From NCBI GenBank assembly GCA_016719015.1, contig JADKAZ010000006.1, forward strand, positions 101,835 through 165,834: DNA of 64,000 nt. Reading direction: 5' to 3'. This stretch comes from Chitinophagaceae bacterium. GTDB taxonomy: Bacteria; Bacteroidota; Bacteroidia; Chitinophagales; Chitinophagaceae. A program made the translations under genes and the position numbers. The notes beneath the pieces were generated by a model that made no database searches, was not told the DNA's origin, and saw nothing but the letters and a program-made list of their open reading frames with translations. Positions 42,721 through 53,005 of the stretch are shown here, piece by piece. Position 1 is the first letter of the stretch, and every line of letters starts with the position of its first letter.

Positions 42721-43791
42721 GTGATTCATAATTTCAATGCTGGTCCATCCATTTTACCCAAAGAAGTTTTTGAAGAAGCCAGCAAATCGATACTTAATTT
42801 CAATAATACTGGCTTATCCATTCTGGAAATCGGTCACCGCACTCCCCTGTTTGAGCCGGTAATGCAGGAGGCAAGAGCATTAGTCAAGGAACTAATGAGC
42901 TTAGATGACGAACATGAAGTATTGTTTTTACATGGTGGTGCCACTACACAGTTTATGCAGGTGCCCATGAATTTGCTGAATGAAAATGAAGCAGCTGCTT
43001 ACACCGACACTGGTGCCTGGGCCGGCAAAGCTATCAAAGAAGCAAAATTATTTGGCCATGTAGAAGTAATTGGTTCTTCCAAAGAAGACAAGTATACAAC
43101 CATTCCAAAAAATATTAATGTACCTCCAACTGCTGCTTATTTACATATTACCACCAACGAAACAATTGCGGGAACCCAATGGCATAATCTACCCTATGAT
43201 TGTGGGGTGCCCTTAGTAGCTGATATGAGCAGTGATATTTTAAGTCGCCAGCTGGACTTTAATAAATTTGATCTGATATATGCCGGAGCCCAAAAAAATA
43301 TGGGGGCAGCCGGGGTAAATCTTGTCGTCGTCAATAAAAATATTCTTGGTAAAGTAAACAGGTCTATTCCTACGATTCTTGATTACCGTAATCACATCAA
43401 AGAAGGCAGCATGTTGAATACCCCGCCGGTATTTGCAATATATGTGGTGATGCTGACACTTCGATGGTTAAAAAATAAGGGCGGAGTGGTAGCAATAGAA
43501 AAAGAAAATGATGCAAAAGCTAAATTATTTTACGAAACATTAGATGCCTTACCCGTTTTCAAAACACCTGTTGCCGTGGAAGACAGGAGTAAAATGAATG
43601 CAGTTTTTATAATAGACAATCCTGAACTGGAAAAAGAATTTCTTGAGATCTGTAAGGCCAATGGTATGGTGGGGATAAAGGGCCATCGCAGTGTGGGGGG
43701 CTTCAGGGTATCGATGTATAATGCATTACCGATTGATAGTGTCATAGCTTTGACAGACCTGATGAAACATTTTGCTCAACAACATGGATAA
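42721..43791 (+). CDS. serC: Phosphoserine aminotransferase
   Basis: NFNAGP, ADMSSD, YAGAQKN, NTPP, KGHRSVGGFRVSMYNA. Confidence 0.96.
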   Translation: MIHNFNAGPSILPKEVFEEASKSILNFNNTGLSILEIGHRTPLFEPVMQEARALVKELMSLDDEHEVLFLHGGATTQFMQVPMNLLNENEAAAYTDTGAWAGKAIKEAKLFGHVEVIGSSKEDKYTTIPKNINVPPTAAYLHITTNETIAGTQWHNLPYDCGVPLVADMSSDILSRQLDFNKFDLIYAGAQKNMGAAGVNLVVVNKNILGKVNRSIPTILDYRNHIKEGSMLNTPPVFAIYVVMLTLRWLKNKGGVVAIEKENDAKAKLFYETLDALPVFKTPVAVEDRSKMNAVFIIDNPELEKEFLEICKANGMVGIKGHRSVGGFRVSMYNALPIDSVIALTDLMKHFAQQHG

Positions 43792-43818
43792 TATTAACTA
43801 ACCAATATTTGAGAACCG

Positions 43819-45039
43819 ATGGCCATCATTAAACCATTCCAATCATTAAGACCACAACCTGAACTGGCACAGCAAGTAGCTTCTAGACCTTACGATGTAT
43901 TGAACAGTGAAGAAGCAAGAGCGGAAGCAAAAGACAACCCCTTTTCTTTTTTACATGTTACTAAATCAGAAATTGATTTGCCTGATGATATTGATACACA
44001 TAGTACAGCAGTTTACGAAAAAGCCAAAGAAAATCTTCAGCAATTAATACAAAACGGCATTTTACTGAAGGAAGAAAAGTCGTGTTATTACATTTATCAG
44101 TTAGTAATGAATGGAAGAAGCCAGACTGGCCTGGTCTGTGTTTCCTCGGTGGAGGATTATTTTAATGATGTTATTAAAAAACATGAATTTACCAGACCTG
44201 AAAAAGAAAAAGACCGCATAGACCATATGCGGACCATCGAAGCACAAACAGGCAATGTATTTATGGCTTACCGGGATGTGATGAAAGTTAATGCATTGAT
44301 TGATGGATGGAAAACAACCAATAAACCTGTATATGATTTTACTGCCTCCGATGGCATTCAGCATAGTGTCTGGGTGGTCGACAGGGATATTGTTGTTAAT
44401 TCTATCACCGAATTATTTAAAACCGAAGTACCTGCCACTTATATTGCCGATGGCCACCACCGGGCCGCTTCCGCTGCTAAAGTAAGCAAGCAATTAGCTG
44501 ACAGTGCCGATGCAAAATATTTTCTCACCACCATTTTTCCGGCCAGCCAACTAGCCATTTTAGATTATAACAGGGTAATAAAAGATTTACATGGACTAAC
44601 CGGCGCAAAACTTATTAGCCGCTTGCAGGATGATTTTTTTATTACACTAAGTGTTGAGCCAGTAAAGCCATCACAACTCCATGAATTCGGTATGTACATG
44701 GAAGGGCAATGGTATATTCTTACGTCCCGAAAAGGTACTTACAGTGAAGACCCTATCGGAGTGCTGGATATAACTATATTATCGAATAATATTCTTGAAA
44801 AATTATTAGGCATAAAAGACCAGCGAACCGATAAAAGGATAGACTTCGTTGGTGGTATCCGTGGGTTATCGGAACTGGAAAAAAGAGTGAATAGTGGAGA
44901 AATGAAAGTGGCTTTTAGTCTTTATCCCGTCACTATAGAACAATTATTTGATATTGCTGATGCGGGTAAAGTAATGCCCCCGAAAAGCACCTGGTTTGAG
45001 CCCAAGTTGAGAGATGGGCTCCTAACTCATCTTATTTAA
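43819..45039 (+). CDS. DUF1015-family protein
   Basis: PYDV, IKKHEFT, YIADGHHR, MPPKSTWFEPK. Confidence 0.9.
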   Translation: MAIIKPFQSLRPQPELAQQVASRPYDVLNSEEARAEAKDNPFSFLHVTKSEIDLPDDIDTHSTAVYEKAKENLQQLIQNGILLKEEKSCYYIYQLVMNGRSQTGLVCVSSVEDYFNDVIKKHEFTRPEKEKDRIDHMRTIEAQTGNVFMAYRDVMKVNALIDGWKTTNKPVYDFTASDGIQHSVWVVDRDIVVNSITELFKTEVPATYIADGHHRAASAAKVSKQLADSADAKYFLTTIFPASQLAILDYNRVIKDLHGLTGAKLISRLQDDFFITLSVEPVKPSQLHEFGMYMEGQWYILTSRKGTYSEDPIGVLDITILSNNILEKLLGIKDQRTDKRIDFVGGIRGLSELEKRVNSGEMKVAFSLYPVTIEQLFDIADAGKVMPPKSTWFEPKLRDGLLTHLI

Positions 45040-45072
45040 GCCTCCCTGCTCAAATATTTGTTATTTTGCAAC

Positions 45073-45103
45073 AGAGACGTCCTGTATTACGTCTCTTCTT
45101 TTT
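45073..45103 (+). terminator. Intrinsic terminator
   Basis: AGAGACGT...ACGTCTCT followed by a T-tract. Confidence 0.65.
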
Positions 45104-45179
45104 TAATTTACAGTCTTAAGTGGTGCATGGCATGATTTTATGTGGCAACATCCACCAGGCCGCTTTAAATAATTAGCAA

Positions 45180-46196
45180 ATGAAAAAAACACTTTCCTTC
45201 CTTTTGGTCGTTACAATAACTTTTTCTTCCATAGCCCAACCCGACGATCCCAAAGTGATGCATGAAACAGCCAAAACTTTTATGAGATCAGGAGATTTTG
45301 ATAATGCAATTATTGTTTTAAACCGGGCATTACAGAATGACAGCAAAAACCTCGAAATGCAGAAAGATATGGTGATGTGCTATTACCTGAAAAGAGATTT
45401 TGCTAAAGCTTCGGAAGGAGTAAAAACATTGATTGACCGGGATGATGCAGATGTGGTAGTATTCCAGATTGCCGGAAATATTTACAAAGCATTGGAACAA
45501 CCAAAAGAATGTGAAAAGCTTTATAAAAAAGGATTGAAAAAATTTCCAAAAAGTGGTCCTCTTTTGAGTGAGTATGGTGAATTGCTATGGGCTACCAAAG
45601 ATTTCGCTGCCATAAAACAATGGGAAGAAGGGATAAAAGCCGATCCTGGCTATAGCGGTAATTATTATAATGCTGCCATGTTTTATTTCTATACCAAAGA
45701 CAAAGTATGGAGCCTGATCTATGGTGAAATCTTTATAAATATGGAAAGCCTGAGTGAAAGAGGCGCTGCCATGAAACAACTACTATTACAGGGCTATAAA
45801 GAAAAATTGTTTGCAGACGCTGACCTGATGAAAGGAGAAGAAGGTAACAAAAGTGAATTTGCTAAAACCTTTTTAGGAAGTATGGCAAGATTGTCTTCAT
45901 TGGCAAATAAAGGCCTCACTGCCGAGACACTTACCATGATACGGACAAGATTCATCCTTGATTGGTTTACTAATAATGCCAGCAGATACCCTTTCCGTTT
46001 ATTTGATTACCAGCGACAATTGCTATCTGAAGGAATGTTCAATGCCTACAATCAATGGTTATTTGGCACTTCAGAAAATCTGGCTGCCTACGAAAACTGG
46101 ACAAAGACTCATACAGAAGAATATAACACCTTCAGTGCTTTCCAGCAAAACAGAGTTTTCAGAATGCCCCCGGGACAATACTACCAGGCACAATAA
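45180..46196 (+). CDS. Secreted TPR-repeat protein
   Basis: Signal peptide ending AQ and TPR-like helical repeats. Confidence 0.75.
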   Translation: MKKTLSFLLVVTITFSSIAQPDDPKVMHETAKTFMRSGDFDNAIIVLNRALQNDSKNLEMQKDMVMCYYLKRDFAKASEGVKTLIDRDDADVVVFQIAGNIYKALEQPKECEKLYKKGLKKFPKSGPLLSEYGELLWATKDFAAIKQWEEGIKADPGYSGNYYNAAMFYFYTKDKVWSLIYGEIFINMESLSERGAAMKQLLLQGYKEKLFADADLMKGEEGNKSEFAKTFLGSMARLSSLANKGLTAETLTMIRTRFILDWFTNNASRYPFRLFDYQRQLLSEGMFNAYNQWLFGTSENLAAYENWTKTHTEEYNTFSAFQQNRVFRMPPGQYYQAQ

Positions 46197-46212
46197 AAAT
46201 ACTTTACCCCTT

Positions 46213-46249
46213 AAAACAAACCCTCCTTTACTTCAGAAGGGTTTGTTTT
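46213..46249. terminator. Intrinsic terminator
   Basis: AAAACAAACCCT...AGGGTTTGTTTT. Confidence 0.75.
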
Positions 46250-46317
46250 TTATATATTGCTTTTTGCTTAAATTGGCTTTCCTAAAGTTCTGATTAACTA
46301 ACACAATTACGATTGCT

Positions 46318-48099
46318 ATGACGGAGCCAAAAAGACTTTTTGACTGCATTGAATACCACCTGGAAAGAAAACCGCTGGAAGATATGCTGGCAGGCAAAGA
46401 AGCCGGACAATGGAAAAAATATAGTACTGCTGAGGTAAAAGTTATCGTAGATAATCTTAGTGCCGGGCTATTGAGCCTTGGTATCAGCTGTGGAGACATG
46501 ACACCCGAAGGAAGAGACAAGGTAGCAATACTTTGTAAAAACCGCCCTGAGTGGATTATGCTGGATATGGCTGTGCAACAAATTGGTGCCATGCTGGTAC
46601 CTGTTTACCCGACCATTAATGTAAATGAGCTTGAATTCGTTTTAAAAGATGCCGCAGTTAAAATAGTGTTTGTGAATGATGAGGACCTTTTTTTAAAAGT
46701 GCTCAGTCTTAAAGAAAAAGTGCCAAGCCTTAAAGAAATTTTCACCTATGAACATGTAGCAAATGCCAGGCACTGGAAAGAAGTAACGGCATTGAGTACT
46801 CCACAACTGATTGAGCAGGTAAAACCCATCAGTGAAAAAATTACATATGAAGACCTCGCCACCATCATTTATACTTCAGGAACTACAGGAACTCCAAAAG
46901 GAGTGATGTTATCACACCGCAATATTCTATCGAATGTTATGGCTTCTATTCCCTGTTTTCCTCCGGGAGATGAGCTTCGTTCGCTGAGTTTCCTGCCACT
47001 CAATCATATTTTTGAACGGATGGTAACTTATCTCTACTTATTCAGGGGTACATCTATTTACTATGCTGAGAGCCTGGATACAATTGCCGATAACCTGAAA
47101 GAGGTAAAACCAAATATGTTTACCACGGTGCCCCGCCTGCTGGAAAAAGTGTATGACCGTATCATGCAAAAAGGGAATGAATTGACGGGTACCAAAAGAA
47201 AATTATTCTTCTGGGCACATGGCTTAGCAGAAAAATTTGAAATCAATAAAAATCTGGGTGCCTGGTATAATTTCAAATTAAGCATTGCCAATAAAATTAT
47301 TTTCAGCAAATGGAGAGAAGGTTTAGGTGGTAATCTTAAATGTGTTGTTACCGGTGGTGCAGCCTGCCAGGTAAGGCTTATCCGCATTTTTACGGCAGCC
47401 CGTATTCCTATAATGGAAGGTTATGGACTAACAGAGACTTCACCGGTTATTTCTGTTAACCGCTACCAGGAAAGTGGCAGAGCATTTGGCACGGTCGGTC
47501 CTTTAATAGATGATGTACAGGTTAAAATCGCTGAAGATGGAGAAATACTGTGCAAAGGCCCGAATATAATGATGGGGTATTACAAACGTCCCGACCTGAC
47601 CGCACAGGATATAGTGGATGGCTGGTTCCATACGGGTGATATTGGGATACTGACAGAGCAAAATTTTTTAAAAATAACTGACCGAAAGAAAGAACTTTTC
47701 AAAACAAGCGGCGGTAAATATGTAGCTCCTCTTGCCATTGAAAACAAATTAAAAGAATCGCCTTTTATAGAACAGGTAATGCTGGTGGGAGCCGATAGAA
47801 AATTCGTAAGTGCACTGATAGTTCCCTCTTTCGCCAATTTAAAGGATTGGGCAAGAAAAAATAATATAGCAGAAACCGGTAATGAGGAATTAGTCCGCCA
47901 TCCAAAAGTGATTGATTTATTCAAAGAGCTTGTTGAAAGCTTCAATAAATTCTTTAATCATGTGGAACAGGTAAAAAAATTTGAGTTGCTGACCAATGAA
48001 TGGAGTGTTGATACCGGTGAGCTTACCCCAAAAATGTCACTGAAGAGAAAAGTGGTTATGGAAAAATACAGGGATGCTATTGAAAGGATTTACTCCTGA
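46318..48099 (+). CDS. Long-chain fatty acid-CoA ligase (AMP-binding family)
   Basis: YTSGTTGTPKG, EGYGLTE, HTGDIG, DRKK. Confidence 0.92.
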   Translation: MTEPKRLFDCIEYHLERKPLEDMLAGKEAGQWKKYSTAEVKVIVDNLSAGLLSLGISCGDMTPEGRDKVAILCKNRPEWIMLDMAVQQIGAMLVPVYPTINVNELEFVLKDAAVKIVFVNDEDLFLKVLSLKEKVPSLKEIFTYEHVANARHWKEVTALSTPQLIEQVKPISEKITYEDLATIIYTSGTTGTPKGVMLSHRNILSNVMASIPCFPPGDELRSLSFLPLNHIFERMVTYLYLFRGTSIYYAESLDTIADNLKEVKPNMFTTVPRLLEKVYDRIMQKGNELTGTKRKLFFWAHGLAEKFEINKNLGAWYNFKLSIANKIIFSKWREGLGGNLKCVVTGGAACQVRLIRIFTAARIPIMEGYGLTETSPVISVNRYQESGRAFGTVGPLIDDVQVKIAEDGEILCKGPNIMMGYYKRPDLTAQDIVDGWFHTGDIGILTEQNFLKITDRKKELFKTSGGKYVAPLAIENKLKESPFIEQVMLVGADRKFVSALIVPSFANLKDWARKNNIAETGNEELVRHPKVIDLFKELVESFNKFFNHVEQVKKFELLTNEWSVDTGELTPKMSLKRKVVMEKYRDAIERIYS

Positions 48100-48106
48100 C
48101 AAAGGA

Positions 48107-48583
48107 TTACTTGCTCTTATCCGCTGAGTCTTTTCTTCCCCGCTGCATCATTTTTTGAACAAACGTATCAAACTTTGTTTGCTGTTCTGCAGTAAACAAA
48201 TTTCTTATTCTCTTAAAATGTGCAAAGGTGAGTTTATCTATAGTGGATTGTTGTTCAGTTATCTTCCGGCTGTAAATATCCAGTACACTATCACTTACTG
48301 TTGAATCTTTCAATAATGCATAAAAGGCAGTTTTAGCTGCTCTTACTGAATCAAATAAGGGTTTAATATTCTTTAAATGCTCCCCTTTCAAAAGTTTGTG
48401 CTCTTTCTTTTGCTCTTCGGTCATGTTCAATTCTTTGGCCAACATTTCAGATGGATCCCCTTTACCTCTCGGTCCGTCCCCATTTTTTTTCTTACCCATC
48501 ACCAAAAAAGCAACCAGTGCAATATTGGCAATCAGCAGCAAAACAACTGCTATGGTGAGAATCCTGTTATTGGAGTTTTTCAT
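48107..48583 (-). CDS. Spy/CpxP-like periplasmic protein
   Basis: N-terminal TM/signal, LNMTEEQ and LFTAEQQ motifs. Confidence 0.75.
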   Translation of the reverse strand: MKNSNNRILTIAVVLLLIANIALVAFLVMGKKKNGDGPRGKGDPSEMLAKELNMTEEQKKEHKLLKGEHLKNIKPLFDSVRAAKTAFYALLKDSTVSDSVLDIYSRKITEQQSTIDKLTFAHFKRIRNLFTAEQQTKFDTFVQKMMQRGRKDSADKSK

Positions 48584-48584
48584 C

Positions 48585-48931
48585 TTATTTATCCTGGGTT
48601 AAGTCGTACACCGAACTATTATTATCATTGAGGCGGTACTCTGAGGCAATGGATTGAAGGATTTCTGATTCGGTGCCCGAAGCAATATTATTCTTCGTTT
48701 TACTGGTAGCATCCCCGCGGAAAATGACAAAAGCATTTACCACTAATACCATTACCAGTGCAGTTATTGCAAAAGCCGGACGAAGAACCCAATGTTTTTT
48801 AGTCGCTGGTTCAAGTCCCTTTTCCATTTTTGCCTTGAGCCTGGTATAAAAAAATCAGGCACGGTTGCCTTTTGAACTCCGTCAAGACTTCCAAGAATCT
48901 CTTCAATTTTCTTATTTCTGTTGTTATTCAT
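48585..48931 (-). CDS. Putative anti-sigma membrane protein, frameshift near 48850
   Basis: Adding one T restores PDFFYTRLKAKM; single TM helix; lies between the ECF sigma and Spy/CpxP genes. Confidence 0.6.
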
Positions 48932-48986
48932 ATTTACATCATTTTTGACGGGAAGACGGTTCAAAACCTTCGACCCGGTAAATTAC

Positions 48987-49550
48987 TCAGTCGGTTTCTT
49001 TTTCAAGTATTTTCTTCAAATTTTGTTTTGCCCTGTGCATCAACGATTCAACGGCCGGTACGGAGGTCTGCATTACCTCACTTATTTCCTGGTAACTTAA
49101 GTCTTCCAGCTTATGCAAGGTAAATGCTGCCTTCTGATTCTCAGGTAGTTGGGCTATTGCCTTAAACAATTTGGCGGCAGTCTCCTTACGATCCATTGCC
49201 ACTCCGGGATGATTAAAATCAGGTATTTCATACAAAGGCTCGTTCCCTTCCCCAAAAAGTCGTTGCATAAAGCCAAATCGCTTTTTGCTTTTACGGCTTC
49301 TTAGCAAATCCAGGGAACGGGTTGTCGCTATGCGGTACATCCAGGTTGATAATTTCGATTCGCCTTTAAAGCTATGGATAGACCGATAAACCTGTATAAA
49401 AACCTCCTGCGCCACATCTTCAGCATCTTCTGCATTCTGCACTATACCGATAGCCGTGTTGAAAATTCTGTCTTTATAGTTCTCTACTAAATACTTGAAA
49501 GAAGCTTCATCTCCACTTTTTAAGCCTTGTATTAGTTCGTTTTCGTTCAA
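48987..49550 (-). CDS. ECF sigma-70 factor
   Basis: DAEDVAQEVF, STWMYRIA, LSYQEISE, VESLMHRA. Confidence 0.93.
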   Translation of the reverse strand: MNENELIQGLKSGDEASFKYLVENYKDRIFNTAIGIVQNAEDAEDVAQEVFIQVYRSIHSFKGESKLSTWMYRIATTRSLDLLRSRKSKKRFGFMQRLFGEGNEPLYEIPDFNHPGVAMDRKETAAKLFKAIAQLPENQKAAFTLHKLEDLSYQEISEVMQTSVPAVESLMHRAKQNLKKILEKETD

Positions 49551-49606
49551 AATTTAGCCATTGAGTTTAATGCCCGAACTTACGAAACATGGGCTTAATT
49601 CTTTCC

Positions 49607-49614
49607 TATATTTG
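49607..49614 (+). promoter_or_regulatory. Bacteroidota -7 promoter element of the tRNA
   Basis: TATATTTG. Confidence 0.6.
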
Positions 49615-49642
49615 CACCCCCGCTGCCGGCGAGGCAAAGGCT

Positions 49643-49714
49643 GGTCCCGTAGTTCAATGGATAGAATAGAAGTTTCCTAAACTTTTGATACAGGTTCGAT
49701 TCCTGTCGGGACTA
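49643..49714 (+). tRNA. tRNA-Arg(CCT)
   Basis: Acceptor stem GGTCCCG/CGGGACT, anticodon arm GAAGT-TTCCTAA-ACTTT, T arm ACAGG-TTCGATT-CCTGT; CCA not encoded. Confidence 0.95.
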
Positions 49715-49732
49715 CAAATTTTATAAAAGTGT

Positions 49733-50383
49733 ATGAAGTTCTATAATCTCCTTATTAAATATCGCCTTTGGGTTGGTATTGTGTTGATAGCCCTGGGTAT
49801 TTATGTCAACTATTCTGCCAGCTTCTGGCCGGCTTTCCCGCTTTACTTAGTTGGAGTGATATTAATATTAGGGCATTTTTTCTTCGGGCCGCTTCGTCTT
49901 ATCCAAACCTACATGGAAGAAGGAGATATGGATGGTGCTGAAAAGGTATTGTCTTCCATTAAATATCCCAACTTATTATATAAGCCTATCCGTTCCGTGT
50001 ATTACACATTGCAAGGTAATATTGCTATGATGAAACAGGATTTTGTGGGTGCAGAAAAAAGCATGAAGAAAGGTCTTGACCTCGGTATGCCGATGAAAGA
50101 AGCCGAAGGTGCCAGTATGCTGCAAATGGGAATGCTGATGATGCAGAAAAATGATTTGAAGCAGGCGGAGAGCTACATCCGGGGTGCTATCCGTAAAGGA
50201 TTACCTGATAAAGAAAATGAAGCAGCTGCTTACTTGCAGATGTGCAGCATTATGATGAACAAAAGAGAATTTCGTGCCGCTAAAGATTTTTTCAGAAAGT
50301 GTAAAGCATTAAAACCTAAGACAGAACAAATTGTTGATCAGATAAAACAAATTGAAAAATATATATCAAGAATGCCGGGATAA
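49733..50383 (+). CDS. Membrane-anchored TPR protein
   Basis: Two N-terminal TM helices followed by TPR-like repeats. Confidence 0.7.
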   Translation: MKFYNLLIKYRLWVGIVLIALGIYVNYSASFWPAFPLYLVGVILILGHFFFGPLRLIQTYMEEGDMDGAEKVLSSIKYPNLLYKPIRSVYYTLQGNIAMMKQDFVGAEKSMKKGLDLGMPMKEAEGASMLQMGMLMMQKNDLKQAESYIRGAIRKGLPDKENEAAAYLQMCSIMMNKREFRAAKDFFRKCKALKPKTEQIVDQIKQIEKYISRMPG

Positions 50384-50415
50384 TGTTATTAGTTTATTGG
50401 TTAAATAGTTAATTG

Positions 50416-50445
50416 GGCTGATAAGGAAACTTGTCAGCCTTTTTT
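50416..50445 (+). terminator. Intrinsic terminator
   Basis: GGCTGATAAG...CTTGTCAGCC followed by a T-tract. Confidence 0.7.
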
Positions 50446-50492
50446 ATTCCGATGAATATAAACAAGTAAATTGCCATTCATTAATTTGCTAT

Positions 50493-52405
50493 ATGAAAAA
50501 GATATTCATTGTAATAACATTGGCTTCATTTGCAGTATGTTGTTTTAGTCAGACCAAAACAAAAGCTTACCTGATTCCGGAACCTGTATCGTTGGTTTAT
50601 GGAAACGATTCCACTTTTTTCTTGCCGCAAAAGGCAGTTATAATCACACCCAAAAATGAGGAAGTAAAAAAAATAGTTGGCGATTTTGTTAAGCAAGTAA
50701 AAACTGCAACTGGTTATTTCTTTACAACCAAAGAAGGAACTACAGCTTCACCCAGATCAATCTTTTTCTCATTAGTAAATGATAAAACTATTCCCAAAGA
50801 AGGTTATAGGTTAAAACATCTGCAACCGGCATTACACTTACTGCAAATGAACCAGCAGGTATTTTTTACGGCGTACAAACATTGCTCCAATTATTTCCAA
50901 AAGAAATCGTAAGTAATAAGAGACAAACAATGCTGAGTGGATGGAATATTCCTTCAGTCACCATCGAAGATCATCCCCGCTTTGGCTGGAGAGGTTTGAT
51001 GCTCGATGTATCCCGCCATTTTTTTACCGTAGCACAAGTCAAAGATTATATTGACCAAATGGTGAAATACAAATTCAATTTGTTGCATTTAGGATTGACG
51101 AATGACCAGGGCTGGCGCATTCAAATAAAAAGTTTACCTAAACTAACTGAAGTAGGTGCATGGAGAGTAGAAAGAACAGGCACTTTTGGTAACTTATCAA
51201 AACCGCAACCCGGCGAGCCTGCAACGTATGGTGGATTTTATACCCATGAGGATATCAAAGAATTAGTGAAATATGCGGCGGATCGTTTTGTAAATATCCT
51301 GCCGGAGATCGATGTGCCGGGTCACAGTCTTGCAGCCATTGCTTCTTATCCCGAATTGTCCTGTACACCCGGAGAGTATTATGTAAGTCCCGGTGACAGG
51401 TTTATGGTATGGCCCGGAGGTGGTCAGCACTTTTATGGCTTATTGGATAACACCATTTGCCCCGCTAATGAAAAAGCCTATGAGTTTTTGGATAAAGTAT
51501 TTACGGAAGTAGCTCAATTATTTCCATTCGGATACATCCACATGGGTGGCGATGAAACAGCCCGCAACTTCTGGGAGAAGAGTGAACAGATAAAAGCATT
51601 AATGAAAAAGGAGAATCTGAAAGATTTGGATGAAGTGCAAAGCTATTTTGTAAAACGGGTAGAGAAGATCATCAATAGCAAAGGCAAAAAAATGATTGGC
51701 TGGGATGAAATTCTGGATGGCGGATTAGCTCCTAATGCAGCAGTAATGAGTTGGCGGGGAATGAAAGGTGGCATTGAAGCAGCTAAACAAGGTCATGAAG
51801 TAGTGATGAGCCCTACCGATTTTGCCTATATAGATTATATGCAGGGCGACGCTGCCATTGAACCTCCTGTATATTCAACATTGCGATTAAAAAAGGCTTA
51901 CCAGTTTGAACCATTGCCAGAAGGAGTTGATGCCAAATTAATAAAAGGCGGGCAGGCCAACCTATGGACAGAACAGGTGTACAATACCCGGCACATGCAA
52001 TACATGACATGGCCAAGAGCTTTTGCCATTGCCGAAGTATTGTGGAGTTCAAAAGAAAAAAGGAACTGGGAATATTTTTCTAAACGAGTAGAAAATCATT
52101 TCAAAAGATTGGATATGGCCGGAGTAAAATATGCTCCAAGCATATATGACCCTATCATTACTGCTACAAAAAAAGATACGGCTAGCGTAGTGGTAAAATT
52201 GGAAACGGAAATAGAAGGCCTGGATATTCACTATAGCTTTGACAATTCTTTTCCCGATAATTTTTACCCCGTGTATAAAGAACCGTTGACAGTGCCAAGA
52301 GACGCAGCAACTATGAAACTGATTACATACCGGAACAATGAACCCATAGGTAGAATGATGGTGCTTACGATAGCAGAGTTAAGAAAAAGAGCAGGGATAA
52401 AATAA
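50493..52405 (+). CDS. GH20 beta-N-acetylhexosaminidase, one frameshift near 50815
   Basis: RFGWRGLMLDVSRHF, PEIDVPGH, HMGGDE; adding one A restores ITLTANEPAGIFYGVQTL. Confidence 0.92.
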
Positions 52406-52472
52406 TTAATTGATAATAATTATAGGGTCGTCCAAAGTGTTAACACCTGTCTTCTTTGCCTTGTGAAATTTA

Positions 52473-52943
52473 TTATGCATTCCATTTGCCAAACATCTCT
52501 TCTACTTTCTTAAACCGGTAATCAAAAATACCGTCCAGTTGTTTTTTTACAAACAGGGTATTAGCAAGTCTCCCAAATATCCAAAATGGGTTTTTGTAAT
52601 GTATAATGTCCGTCATTTCCACGCCACCCGGTATTTCTTTGAAATGGTGCTGGTGGTGCCATAATGAATAAGGACCATAGCGTTGTTCATCAATAAAATA
52701 CTGCTTGTCTTTTACCTGGGTTATTTCTGTCATCCAGTACAGTGGAATTCCCAAAAATGGTTTTACCGTGTATTCAATAATCTGACCGGCATACATAATA
52801 TCTCCATGATGTTTGGAAATTACTTTAAACCCCATATTATCAGGAGTAATGGCCTGCAGGTTGGCAGGATTGGAGAAAAAATCCCAGGCTCTTTCTAATG
52901 AAATGGGGATTTTTTGGACTGTTTTGATGGAATGTGCTGCCAT
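52473..52943 (-). CDS. SRPBCC-family protein
   Basis: AWDFFSNPANL, FIDEQRYGPY.LWHHQH. Confidence 0.85.
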   Translation of the reverse strand: MAAHSIKTVQKIPISLERAWDFFSNPANLQAITPDNMGFKVISKHHGDIMYAGQIIEYTVKPFLGIPLYWMTEITQVKDKQYFIDEQRYGPYSLWHHQHHFKEIPGGVEMTDIIHYKNPFWIFGRLANTLFVKKQLDGIFDYRFKKVEEMFGKWNA

Positions 52944-53005
52944 GTAGATTATTGGTTTAAATTCGTTTGAATAACGATTTACAGTAAGAAAAGTTCACCT
53001 GCACT

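Noticed and set aside
49643-49714. tRNA as an island integration site
   Set aside because: No integrase and no duplicated tRNA 3' end seen in the window.
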